Of a DNA stretch of 64,000 nucleotides, positions 50,382 to 58,878 are shown in pieces (the stretch's first letter is position 1; each line of letters begins with the position of its first letter). A program made the position numbers and the translations under genes. The stretch is from a virus. The stretch is from IMG/VR virus record IMGVR_UViG_3300029365_000529, positions 14,196 to 78,195 of that record; one strand, written 5' to 3'. The notes beneath the pieces were generated by a model. It was not told where the DNA came from. It made no database searches and was given only the letters and a program-made list of their open reading frames with translations.

Positions 50382-51149
50382 CTACCCAAGTCTCGACAAG
50401 CCAACTGCCTTCTTCAAGCGGTATTGGTTCTTCTCCTCGGGAGACATCATGCTCTCAGCCAAGTGGTCGCTTGCAGCAGAACGAGCGGTCTCATTCATGG
50501 TGTGTGATACATTTGTGTTATCAATTGGCTTTTCATTTGAGCCTAAAGCGTTGGCTTTCACCGCTTTAGCACCATCGAGTTCTGACCCCAATTGGTTCAC
50601 ACCGAAATTGAACATCGCATTTGACGCATTTTGAGCCGCATCGCTAGTGGCTTGCGCCTTCTGCTGCTCGATTTGCTGACGTTCTCTAGACAACTGCTGA
50701 GTGTTTTGAAGGTGAGCGTCCTCCACATGCTGCTTGCGAGCCGTGTCCTGTGCCGCTACGTTGGCTATCGTGTCGCCCATAGCCTTATTAGCACTCTCCT
50801 TCGCCATTGCCACGCTTGCAGCAGTTCCACCGCCAACAGCAGCAGCGCCATCAGCCTTGCGGACATACTCGTCCTGTACTTCCTTCGCCCTTCTCATGAG
50901 GTTTTGACCCGCTTTCGTGTCAAGGTAGTCCGTGTTGTAGTTCTTGTCGTACCAAGCCTTCTCAGCGTTCGTTCTGTACGTGTTCTCCGCTTGTGCCCTT
51001 CTAGCTGCCTTCTTAGCCTTGTTAGCACCGAAGAGAGAGGAGCCAACGCCAAGCGCCAAGGATGCAGCACCTAAGACCCATTCTTTCTTATCCCCGAGAA
51101 CAGGGCAAGAGGTCAAATGCTTTGGGATTTTTGATAATATTTCCGTCAT
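50382..51149 (-). CDS. hypothetical protein with N-terminal transmembrane helix (255 aa from an internal start)
   Basis: Track ORF 50382-51311, trimmed to Met MTEILSKIPK because the conserved late-promoter motif and -7 box lie inside the longer N-terminal extension. Confidence 0.45.
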   Translation of the reverse strand: MTEILSKIPKHLTSCPVLGDKKEWVLGAASLALGVGSSLFGANKAKKAARRAQAENTYRTNAEKAWYDKNYNTDYLDTKAGQNLMRRAKEVQDEYVRKADGAAAVGGGTAASVAMAKESANKAMGDTIANVAAQDTARKQHVEDAHLQNTQQLSRERQQIEQQKAQATSDAAQNASNAMFNFGVNQLGSELDGAKAVKANALGSNEKPIDNTNVSHTMNETARSAASDHLAESMMSPEEKNQYRLKKAVGLSRLG

Positions 51150-51175
51150 AATTGCAATTATTTGATGTTTCGAGG

Positions 51176-51218
51176 GCAAATATATAATATTTGAAGGTTC
51201 GTTTTGCCGTGTTCCAAC
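51176..51218 (-). promoter_or_regulatory. late promoter: conserved motif plus -7 box TATATTTG upstream of the ejection-module operon
   Basis: TTTTGCCGTGTTCCAACC at 51201-51218; 17 nt downstream on the minus strand is TATATTTG (51176-51183), about 30 nt before the ATG at 51149. Confidence 0.5.
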
Positions 51219-51329
51219 CTCGGTCGAAATCGCCCCAAATCCCACCAATTTCTTTCTCGGGGCGCAACTCACCCCTTTTCCTTCTCCCTCTTCGCCCTCT
51301 AAAAGACCCATTTTGTAAACATACGTGAT

Positions 51330-51850
51330 TATTGTAAAGAAAAGACAAGTGGTTAATTATAAGCAAGTTAGTTTCAATCACTCCCGAGGAAGAATAAAAG
51401 CAAATTGTAAAGAAAGTTCTTATTTCATAAAAGAAGATTCTTTGCAAACAAAAAAGGGTTTTGCATTAATAGGTACGCACGCACGCAAGAAGTTCGTTAG
51501 CAAACTTTAACTAGCCGTATTTAGCCTTCTTGAATGTTTTTCACCCTAAATCAAGATAAAGTCGCTCATTTCTTGCGATTTTTGCGATTTTCGGGCAGTT
51601 GGTCGGGATTTCTCCCAAATTCGCAAGTTTTGAGCCGTTTAAGAGCCATTTGCAAGCAGATTAGAGCCGATTTTGTGGGTTTTTCGTAGATTTCATGGTT
51701 TTGTGCAAGATAATGCGCTCATCTAGGATTAAGGCTTTTAGAAGATGATTTAGGCGGTTTTGATTTTCCTAGTTGGAAAAATATTTTTTCCTAGTTAGGG
51801 AAATTGTTTTCTTTAGTAGTGTGGTTTCCTGTACTCTCTCTTCTCTTGTG
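51330..51850. other. 520-bp non-coding region with short iterated motifs (candidate ori, pac or regulatory hub)
   Basis: GCGATTTT x2 at 51575-51591; AGCCGTTT / AGCCATTT / AGCCGATTTT series; TTTTCCTAGTT x2 at 51764-51774 and 51786-51796. No ORF longer than 60 aa. Confidence 0.35.
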
Positions 51851-51887
51851 TGTTCTCCTTATGGGTGAGAGTGAAGAATCCTCGGTG

Positions 51888-51935
51888 GAGATAAGGGGGC
51901 AGCGCCCCCACGGGCGCAAGCGCCCTCCCCATGCC
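51888..51935. repeat. GC-rich twin-hairpin element, copy 1
   Basis: GAGATAAGGGGGCAGCGCCCCCACGGGCGCAAGCGCCCTCCCCATGCC; hairpins GGGGGC-AGC-GCCCCC and GGGCGC-AA-GCGCCC. Lies just after the end of the repressor operon. Confidence 0.6.
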
Positions 51936-51952
51936 CTGTGGGGCTGACGCCC

Positions 51953-52159
51953 TCACCACAAGCCTTGCAGCCACTTGCCGAAGGTGTATACCGAATACAG
52001 GTAGCACACCACGATGAGCAGTTGCAAGAGCCACTCAGCATACTTCACGGATGATTTCTTATGTTCCTCCACCTTCCCGAATACATTAAAGAGATAGGCT
52101 ATACAAACGAGTGAGACTGCACCGAAGGCGAGCCACATGATAATTTGGACTATAATCAT
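51953..52159 (-). CDS. small two-helix membrane protein (68 aa) co-transcribed with the repressor
   Basis: Overlaps the repressor stop in ATGA; two hydrophobic helices; possible superinfection-exclusion-type protein. Confidence 0.4.
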   Translation of the reverse strand: MIIVQIIMWLAFGAVSLVCIAYLFNVFGKVEEHKKSSVKYAEWLLQLLIVVCYLYSVYTFGKWLQGLW

Positions 52160-52455
52160 TTCGCTATAATCCTTAACTCATCAACTTGCTTGAAGAACTC
52201 CTCCAATGTATCGGCAGTATAGTGGATGCCCTTATAGCGGATAAAGCTAGCAAAACCTTCTTTGCTATCCTCCTCGAAGAGTTCAGACACCTTGCAGCCG
52301 ATTATCTCTGCCATTTGTTCAAGCCTATCAATACCAAACTTTTTGCGAGCTAACATTTGGCTAAGTGATATAGGCTCAATGCCCATACCTTTAGCCAAAT
52401 CTTTTTGCTGCATCCCATGTGCTTTTAAGCACTCTTTTATTCTCAATTGTACCAT
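52156..52455 (-). CDS. XRE-family helix-turn-helix transcriptional repressor (CI/Cro-like)
   Basis: LKAHGMQQKDLAKGMGIEPISLSQMLARKK is a typical XRE HTH; divergent from the early + operon. Confidence 0.65.
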   Translation of the reverse strand: MVQLRIKECLKAHGMQQKDLAKGMGIEPISLSQMLARKKFGIDRLEQMAEIIGCKVSELFEEDSKEGFASFIRYKGIHYTADTLEEFFKQVDELRIIAK

Positions 52456-52614
52456 AATTCTATTTTTTGTGGCAAAGATAATAAAAATATAGCATATAAC
52501 AATAACTATTACTTATTTTAACGCACAAATATAGTACAAAAACCATCTTGAAGCGCAAAGTTATGTTTAAATGCTATACTTTTGTGTAAAATATCGTTAA
52601 TAAACATAATAAAA

Positions 52615-52656
52615 TTTGGAGAGTATAGCATAAATACTTATCTTTGCACTCGAAAT
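52615..52656 (+). promoter_or_regulatory. early promoter PE1 (TTTG-N20-TATCTTTGCACTCGAAA)
   Basis: TTTG at 52615-52618, 20-nt spacer, TATCTTTG at 52639-52646. A near-identical copy is found at 63133-63183. Confidence 0.55.
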
Positions 52657-52939
52657 CAAGTTAGTTTGATTTTAGAGGAACGATGGCACGTTTAGAACTT
52701 CACGTTTAACTACCTCTATAAAAGTACAGATTAGTCGGGAAAGTCAGAGAGATAGAACTCTTCAAACATCAACGGAAAATGCGACCGAGTTAGTTGCCAC
52801 TCTAAAAAGCAACAAGACAAAGAAGTCTCAAACACTCATCACGCAAGATGTAAAAACGCTAGTCGTGTTAGACTAGAGAAACATCGAAACACGTCAACCC
52901 ACGGACGTTAAACGAAGGGAGTTAGGTCACATGTAACTT

Positions 52940-53179
52940 GTGAACGTTGGGCGCAAACGTACACCTGCACTTTGTATGTATAACATTTTAACAACAACGA
53001 CAATGGAAACAACAAAGATGTGTTTATTAGAATTGACTAAGGCTGATGCTATGGTATTAGTCAACGTAATTAGAAGAACTGCAAACGAGAATCCATTTCA
53101 TTGGAAGGAAAGCAGCGTTGAGAAGACAAGAGACCTGTACGATAACGTAATCGCTCAGTTGTACGACTATAAATATTAA
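52940..53179 (+). CDS. hypothetical early protein (start may be the internal Met at 53003)
   Basis: First ORF after the roughly 280-nt leader. Confidence 0.4.
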   Translation: MNVGRKRTPALCMYNILTTTTMETTKMCLLELTKADAMVLVNVIRRTANENPFHWKESSVEKTRDLYDNVIAQLYDYKY

Positions 53180-53184
53180 AGACT

Positions 53185-53580
53185 ATGGCAAAGTTAGCAG
53201 ATTATATCGCTTGTAGCCTAATTTATCACAAGGGCAACAAGTTCGAAATCGATGAAGAAAGAACCATAATGCCTTGCATATACGAGGATAGTGACGAATA
53301 TATCAAAGAGTATTGGGGAGACAACGAGTTTATCGGGAAGTTTCCTGTAACGTACAAAGGAAAGGAAGTACAAGTTCTTGTGTTCAAAGACTATGAAGAG
53401 TACTTTGGAGTATTCAAAGACGAAGAAAACAAGGGCATGAAGACGTATATCGTAGTACAGGAATTCTCAGAACCCGAGAAAGAGCCAAAGATTATCGCTC
53501 AATTCAATGAAAGGTGGCAAGCAGAACATTACGCTTGTCATCATGAAGGGAGACTTTGGGTGTATGAAATGAGTAAGTAA
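53185..53580 (+). CDS. hypothetical early protein (131 aa)
   Basis: Six-frame ORF; followed directly by GC-rich element copy 2. Confidence 0.5.
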   Translation: MAKLADYIACSLIYHKGNKFEIDEERTIMPCIYEDSDEYIKEYWGDNEFIGKFPVTYKGKEVQVLVFKDYEEYFGVFKDEENKGMKTYIVVQEFSEPEKEPKIIAQFNERWQAEHYACHHEGRLWVYEMSK

Positions 53581-53589
53581 CAATGTGGG

Positions 53590-53637
53590 GAGATAAGGGG
53601 GCAGCGCCCCCACGGGGCGTACGCCCCTCCCCACGCC
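53590..53637. repeat. GC-rich twin-hairpin element, copy 2
   Basis: GAGATAAGGGGGCAGCGCCCCCACGGGGCGTACGCCCCTCCCCACGCC; the second hairpin is GGGGCG-TA-CGCCCC, stem sequence changed but still self-complementary relative to copy 1. Confidence 0.6.
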
Positions 53638-53847
53638 TAACGGACAAAAGATTATAATATATGGCAGTAGCAAAGAAGATAGAGTTGACGGCTAATCAAT
53701 TGTGGGTGCTTAAGTATATCCTGCATGAGGTTGCCAGTAGTGAGGAAGGTGCTAACGGCATCTACCTCACTCCAAAGGAAAGAGTTTCACTCGGACAGAT
53801 AAGAAGTAAATTGTAAAGGTATGTTGAACCATTTAAAATTTTAGAGT

Positions 53848-54081
53848 ATGAAAGTATTTCTTTTTTATCGTACAGATAATTGGAACTCCCATGATAGCAA
53901 GGATTTGGTATATATCGGGACAAACAAAGAGGCTAGTATCAAAAAACTAATGAAGTTGGAGAGCGAGCCAATCACTGAGGAACAGGCTGAGGACATCCAA
54001 AGAATGAACCAAAGCCAATGCAATAACGTGGGATATGAATGGGTAGTTGAGGTTTGGACTCCTAACCATTTGGTAGAGTAA
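53848..54081 (+). CDS. hypothetical early protein (77 aa)
   Basis: Six-frame ORF. Confidence 0.45.
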   Translation: MKVFLFYRTDNWNSHDSKDLVYIGTNKEASIKKLMKLESEPITEEQAEDIQRMNQSQCNNVGYEWVVEVWTPNHLVE

Positions 54082-54265
54082 CTTTAATCTTTAAGCAGAT
54101 AGGAGATTGATATTTATGGAAAAGGAAGTTCATGTTATACTGAAGGGCGACTGCTATTCTATGAATACATATTGCAGCACCCTCAAAGAGTTTTTGGAAA
54201 TGAGACACCTCAAGAGAAGTGACGTTTCCGATTGGTGGAAAGAATAATTATTAAAGTTAAGAGTT

Positions 54266-54523
54266 ATGGCAAATAATATCGTAGAGTTCAGTATAGTTAG
54301 AATACCCGCTGAAGGAGGAGTAAAAGTTGAACCGATTTCCTGTAAGATATGCACTGATAATCGTGTGAAGGAAATCAAGAAACAGATGAAGAAGTTAGGC
54401 TACAAGTACAAAGGACGTGACAGGGATATGTACGACAACATTTTCACGAAGTATATAAAGCTAAGCGAAATCCTTCCCGAGGAAAAAGTATTCTATAAGT
54501 ATCAAATAACAAGATTAAAATAA
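54266..54523 (+). CDS. hypothetical early protein (85 aa)
   Basis: Six-frame ORF. Confidence 0.45.
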   Translation: MANNIVEFSIVRIPAEGGVKVEPISCKICTDNRVKEIKKQMKKLGYKYKGRDRDMYDNIFTKYIKLSEILPEEKVFYKYQITRLK

Positions 54524-54529
54524 ACGAAT

Positions 54530-54697
54530 ATGGAAAAGACAATAACACTTACAGGCGGTGAAATATATAATATTACATCAGCTATTAACGATAGAATAAT
54601 CCTTCTAGAGGAATGTATTTCAAGCCACGATGATACTCCTATAACGCACAAGCGATTGAAGGAGTTTAAAGAGATTAAAGCAAAGTTGAACAATTAA
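54530..54697 (+). CDS. small protein (55 aa), paralog A of a tandem pair
   Basis: MEKTITLTGGEIYNITSAINDRII...; same N-terminus and 5' nucleotide sequence as the next gene. Not in the track (<60 aa). Confidence 0.4.
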   Translation: MEKTITLTGGEIYNITSAINDRIILLEECISSHDDTPITHKRLKEFKEIKAKLNN

Positions 54698-54709
54698 AAC
54701 GATAAGAAA

Positions 54710-54892
54710 ATGGAGAAGACAATAACACTTACAAGCGATGAGATTTCAAGCATCACTCTCGCTATATACGACAAGGTAATGAACCTTTCACAAGCAGCTC
54801 TTATTTGTGGTGCGGAACTCACACCGAATGCACAACAGAGAATCGAGAACTTAAAGGCAATCGCCCTTAAATTAAATGGTATAGAATCTTAA
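54710..54892 (+). CDS. small protein (60 aa), paralog B of a tandem pair
   Basis: MEKTITLTSDEISSITLAIYDKVMN... Confidence 0.45.
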   Translation: MEKTITLTSDEISSITLAIYDKVMNLSQAALICGAELTPNAQQRIENLKAIALKLNGIES

Positions 54893-54909
54893 AGATAGGA
54901 GATAAGAAT

Positions 54910-55155
54910 ATGAGAAAGAACAAAACTTACGAGCAGCAGAAGAAGTTCTATGATAAGAACAACGACTATGAGAGTCTAGGGGCATTATTCTTCGAATGGC
55001 TTACTAGCGGTTATATGACTGCAAAGCAGATGCAAGATGTGTACAGAGAAGGAACAAAGGAATGCAAGGAGTACATCTTTGAAGACTTGTTTCACCTTGT
55101 AGGACACAAAACCTTCTATCAGTTCGTTAGAATCTTCAACTTTGGCAAGAAGTAA
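54910..55155 (+). CDS. hypothetical early protein (81 aa)
   Basis: Preceded by TAGGAGA 8 nt upstream. Confidence 0.45.
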   Translation: MRKNKTYEQQKKFYDKNNDYESLGALFFEWLTSGYMTAKQMQDVYREGTKECKEYIFEDLFHLVGHKTFYQFVRIFNFGKK

Positions 55156-55239
55156 CATGGAGCGGTCAGCGAATAGAGGAGCACATCACGTTCAAGCCGT
55201 GAGACCGCACAAGTTAAATCAATTAATAAATAAACAGAA

Positions 55240-55434
55240 ATGAAAAAGAATATTTGTTTATCTTGCAGATTTGCATTCAGAAATGGCAAATGCAATCGAC
55301 TTGTAGTATCTAGTATGGGTATGAATGACCGACTTGGCAGTTACTATAAGAAAGACAATAAATGCCCTTATCATGAGGAAGGAAACGATTGTAGAAACAG
55401 AGATTATGAGCCTATTAATTTTTATAATTCATAA
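55240..55434 (+). CDS. small Cys-rich protein (64 aa)
   Basis: CLSCRF...GKCNRL...CPYHEEGNDC, putative zinc-binding. Confidence 0.4.
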   Translation: MKKNICLSCRFAFRNGKCNRLVVSSMGMNDRLGSYYKKDNKCPYHEEGNDCRNRDYEPINFYNS

Positions 55435-55457
55435 CAATTAAAAGAAAGGAAATTGAT

Positions 55458-55688
55458 ATGAAAGTACATCACATTGCACATTACGAGTATGGCAGCAGAC
55501 CGCACTCGGAAATGAGAGAAAAGGAGTTTCCTACACGTTGGGAGGCTGAGAAGTTTTGTGAGGAGTGGAGAAAAGAGCATTGGTATTTTGGCGGTGCAGC
55601 ATGGGCAGAAAGCATAACAGAGCCGAGACCTATAACCGCTAACAATGTTCTCGCAGCCGCAGTAATCAAAAAGATTTTAAGATATTAA
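55458..55688 (+). CDS. hypothetical early protein (76 aa)
   Basis: AAAGGAAA before the ATG. Confidence 0.45.
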   Translation: MKVHHIAHYEYGSRPHSEMREKEFPTRWEAEKFCEEWRKEHWYFGGAAWAESITEPRPITANNVLAAAVIKKILRY

Positions 55689-55792
55689 GGAGGGTTAAGT
55701 TATGGACATCACAATTTATGTATTAATCTTCTTAGTTGGCAGTCTTACAGGCTACAGACTGAGAGCAGCAAAAGACATGGAGGACGAGTAAT

Positions 55793-56095
55793 ATGAACAT
55801 TATTAGAGTAACAAAGACATCACGCAACAGGGTTGACGTAGTCTTTACAGGCGACAAGTATCTGTTCCTCAATCCCGATAACGGACTGATAGCTTTGGCA
55901 CAGAGACACGAATTTGGTTCGGGGTTGTTTCATGTATTGCTTACGGAGCAGATAAGCAAGAAGATGATAGAAGAGACCATAAAGAACAATGAGCCATCAA
56001 GCATTATTGCTTTAGGTTTTGAATATAATAACGAGGACAATAAACCTCAGCATACTTTACCATTTATCGTGAAAGTTGAACTAGACAAGAGATAA
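55793..56095 (+). CDS. hypothetical early protein (100 aa)
   Basis: Six-frame ORF. Confidence 0.45.
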   Translation: MNIIRVTKTSRNRVDVVFTGDKYLFLNPDNGLIALAQRHEFGSGLFHVLLTEQISKKMIEETIKNNEPSSIIALGFEYNNEDNKPQHTLPFIVKVELDKR

Positions 56096-56119
56096 ACAAG
56101 AAATTAAATCAATAAAGAT

Positions 56120-56443
56120 ATGAAAAAGAGAATTAAGATAGCTTTGGTAGCGGCAACGATAGTTGCCCTACCTCTTATGGGAGCCGGAATGCAGCAGAGC
56201 AAGAGCGAGGAGAAATCTTTGCTTGTAGACTTCATCGAGTATTGCAAGACATGTGAGAACCTTAGGCAAGTTGATCCTAACAAGGACTACACCCAAGCAA
56301 CACTCCATGAGCTGAAGAATGCAGCACGTTTCTATGAGGGACAGGAGAACTTTGCCGACTGCACAGATTATCAGCAGCAAGCAAAGATAGACGAGATTAT
56401 CGGCAGAACTTATGCCGCTAGAATGATTAACAATAACAAGTAA
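56120..56443 (+). CDS. secreted small protein (107 aa) with signal peptide
   Basis: MKKRIKIALVAATIVALPLMGAGMQ N-terminus. Confidence 0.45.
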   Translation: MKKRIKIALVAATIVALPLMGAGMQQSKSEEKSLLVDFIEYCKTCENLRQVDPNKDYTQATLHELKNAARFYEGQENFADCTDYQQQAKIDEIIGRTYAARMINNNK

Positions 56444-56471
56444 CAAATTTAAATTATAGGAGACAAGAATT

Positions 56472-56978
56472 ATGAATACAAACAATGCAATTTTTATTTT
56501 CGGTCACTTGGTAGGCGTTGAGGTAGAGAATATCCAAGACGTGGTGAAGGCACAGGAAATAGGATTTTACCTTTCAGACGAGCAAGGCAATGGTTATGAT
56601 TACACCATCATGAGAGAAGACGAAGAGGGAAACGAGGTGGAATGTGAGCCAACAGAGCAAGAAATCTTTGAACGTGTTTCAACTGCACTAGCAGACGGAG
56701 AAAAGGTGTACGCCTGTATGACATTATCGCCTGATTGGGACGTACAGAGATACGCAAATACGCATCTTAAAACCAACTTCTATGTTGGTCAGCAGGTTTT
56801 CCTATTGCGTGATAACAAGATAGCTGAGAAGACGATTTCTCGCATCGTTCTTGAGAAGAGAGAAGACAAAGACAAGGAGTGTTGCAAACTTTTATTAGAA
56901 TATGATAATGCATACACCAAGAGCACAGACGTCTTTGCCACCAAGGAAGAACTTGTAGAGAGTCTGTTGAAGGAGTAA
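56472..56978 (+). CDS. hypothetical early protein (168 aa)
   Basis: TAGGAGA before the ATG; acidic. Confidence 0.5.
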   Translation: MNTNNAIFIFGHLVGVEVENIQDVVKAQEIGFYLSDEQGNGYDYTIMREDEEGNEVECEPTEQEIFERVSTALADGEKVYACMTLSPDWDVQRYANTHLKTNFYVGQQVFLLRDNKIAEKTISRIVLEKREDKDKECCKLLLEYDNAYTKSTDVFATKEELVESLLKE

Positions 56979-57023
56979 GTTTAACCCGAGGGAGAGAAAT
57001 CTCCCTCATAAAACATTTCGAGT

Positions 57024-57266
57024 ATGACTAATTCAGTTGTTAAAAATCTGTTGGCTAAAAAGGATTGGAGCAGTATCATTTTCCGCTTTCCTACATCAAG
57101 CTATACTCTGTTCAATAGCGACAGATACGAGATAGATAGTTTCTGTATATATATCCATGACGATACGTCCAGAGAGTACGAGGAAACGAAAGTCTTAGAC
57201 ATAGCAAGTCTGATTTCTATGGAGATTAATAAGAAGAGTTTTGAGGATATTGTAGAGGAGATGTAA
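57024..57266 (+). CDS. hypothetical protein (80 aa)
   Basis: Six-frame ORF. Confidence 0.4.
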   Translation: MTNSVVKNLLAKKDWSSIIFRFPTSSYTLFNSDRYEIDSFCIYIHDDTSREYEETKVLDIASLISMEINKKSFEDIVEEM

Positions 57267-57270
57267 GCAA

Positions 57271-57453
57271 ATGACGATAATCATAAAATTTTTCAAGGGA
57301 GCCATCTACGTTGACAAGTTCGGACGGAGATACAGGGCACGTACAACGTTCATCATCAAGCAGACCTCATTTACTGAGAGGTTCTTTCTGCCGAACGGAA
57401 TGCAAGTAGACAAGAGCACTTGTCTTGAGAAGATAAACGAGAAGAGAAAATAG
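57271..57453 (+). CDS. hypothetical protein (60 aa)
   Basis: Six-frame ORF, basic. Confidence 0.35.
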   Translation: MTIIIKFFKGAIYVDKFGRRYRARTTFIIKQTSFTERFFLPNGMQVDKSTCLEKINEKRK

Positions 57454-57558
57454 TTGTTGTTGTTATATATAGGGCGAATGCGGTATTCAAGCCGCTACAG
57501 ATGGTTGCAACGTACCATCCGCCCACTAGTATTAATTTTTAAAAGAAAGGATTTGATT

Positions 57559-57732
57559 ATGAAAAGGTATGAAGTTGAAATCGTAGAGAAAATCACCTAC
57601 AAGGTACCGCTAGACGCAGCATCATCCGAAGACGCAGAGAATGCCGCAAGACGTTTGTACGATTTGGGTTGTTTGGTGAATGGCGAGTTGGAAAGTGTTA
57701 CGTTTGATGTAGAAGAGAAGGAGGGCGAGTAA
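57559..57732 (+). CDS. small hypothetical protein (57 aa)
   Basis: Internal Met MKRYEVEIV of track ORF 57454-57732, preceded by AAAGGA. Confidence 0.35.
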   Translation: MKRYEVEIVEKITYKVPLDAASSEDAENAARRLYDLGCLVNGELESVTFDVEEKEGE

Positions 57733-57733
57733 C

Positions 57734-58006
57734 ATGAAGAAACAGAAAGTATTTGTGTTGATTAAGCACGGAGCAGACAACCAAGACTATTCGGGCGTTA
57801 ATATTATTGGGGTATATCGTACCAAGACCGCAGCCAAGGAGCAGATGGCAGAAGAGGAGAATAATATCCTAGACTTCTACAAGGAGGAATATCCCGATAA
57901 CTATGAAGTGTCTGAAGACAAGGACGAATCATCATGGAGTTGTTCTTGCAAGGATAGTACTATGTTTGATGAGTTGTTAATAACAGAAAGTGAATTAGAA
58001 TCATGA
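57734..58006 (+). CDS. hypothetical protein (90 aa)
   Basis: Translationally coupled to its neighbours (stop/start overlap). Confidence 0.45.
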   Translation: MKKQKVFVLIKHGADNQDYSGVNIIGVYRTKTAAKEQMAEEENNILDFYKEEYPDNYEVSEDKDESSWSCSCKDSTMFDELLITESELES

Positions 58007-58377
58007 TAAAGAAATTTCTATTCAACGAGTTCGGCGTATGCACGAATCCTGACAAGACTGAAATCGGCAGCGGAATCCCCCATATCGAAATATCCACAGC
58101 TTATGTTAGAGGAAAGTGGACGTATGGTGTGATGTACATGCTAGCAGATAGAGGAGGGGCGTTTGGAACTAACCTCAGCAACACGAATTGGTTCAAGACA
58201 CAGGAAGATGCCATAGAGCATGCTTTGAATTGGGCAAAACATTGGCTTAACGTACAGATAGAGCAAGAGCGCAACCGGAATAGTTCTGTTTGTAAGAGCG
58301 CAGCTAAGATACTGAAGGAGATAGAAAATCTACTCCCGAAGAAGAGATATGTACAACTAGAATTATTTGAGTTTTAA
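58003..58377 (+). CDS. hypothetical protein (124 aa)
   Basis: Start overlaps the upstream stop in ATGA. Confidence 0.45.
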   Translation: MIKKFLFNEFGVCTNPDKTEIGSGIPHIEISTAYVRGKWTYGVMYMLADRGGAFGTNLSNTNWFKTQEDAIEHALNWAKHWLNVQIEQERNRNSSVCKSAAKILKEIENLLPKKRYVQLELFEF

Positions 58378-58654
58378 GAATATGAATAAGCAAGAATTTA
58401 TCTTCGTCTTCCCTCAGTCGGGGGAGACAATAACAAAGAAAATGAATCCTTTGGCGGTGAAGGATGCAGCCGTGAAGTATCTGAAAATGCAGAACGAGGT
58501 AAGAGGAGACATCTGTATCATCAAGAACGCCCATGAAGATGTTGTGGCCATGGCCTACGTGAGCGAAATGATGAAGGTTTCCTTCTTCACCGAGGATGAA
58601 AGTGTGAACGACATCAAACCGATAGGAGTAATCGAGGAAGGAGGGGAAAAATGA
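58367..58654 (+). CDS. hypothetical protein (95 aa)
   Basis: Overlapping start; six-frame ORF. Confidence 0.45.
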   Translation: MSFKNMNKQEFIFVFPQSGETITKKMNPLAVKDAAVKYLKMQNEVRGDICIIKNAHEDVVAMAYVSEMMKVSFFTEDESVNDIKPIGVIEEGGEK

Positions 58655-58878
58655 AATTACGACAGGCGAAGAAGATACTTTGTAGAAAGAAAAACTATTT
58701 TTGGAGACCCCGAATCATGGCTTATGCTTATGGCTTTGGTGAAGACCACAGAATCACAAAGGCTATCTGTAGGGTTCGAGCCTATCAGAAGAAAGGAGGT
58801 AAGCTATGAGTAAACAGGAATGGTTCGTGCTCTTTATCTTCTTATTCACGATACTGATGGCAATATTAGGTTGAGGAT

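Noticed and set aside
51813-52041. Minus-strand ORFs 51813-52034 and 51859-52041, and 53467-53673
   Set aside because: Their translations are GC-rich (GAAPLSPP and similar) and come from reading through the duplicated GC-rich twin-hairpin elements; they lie in gaps between well-supported genes.
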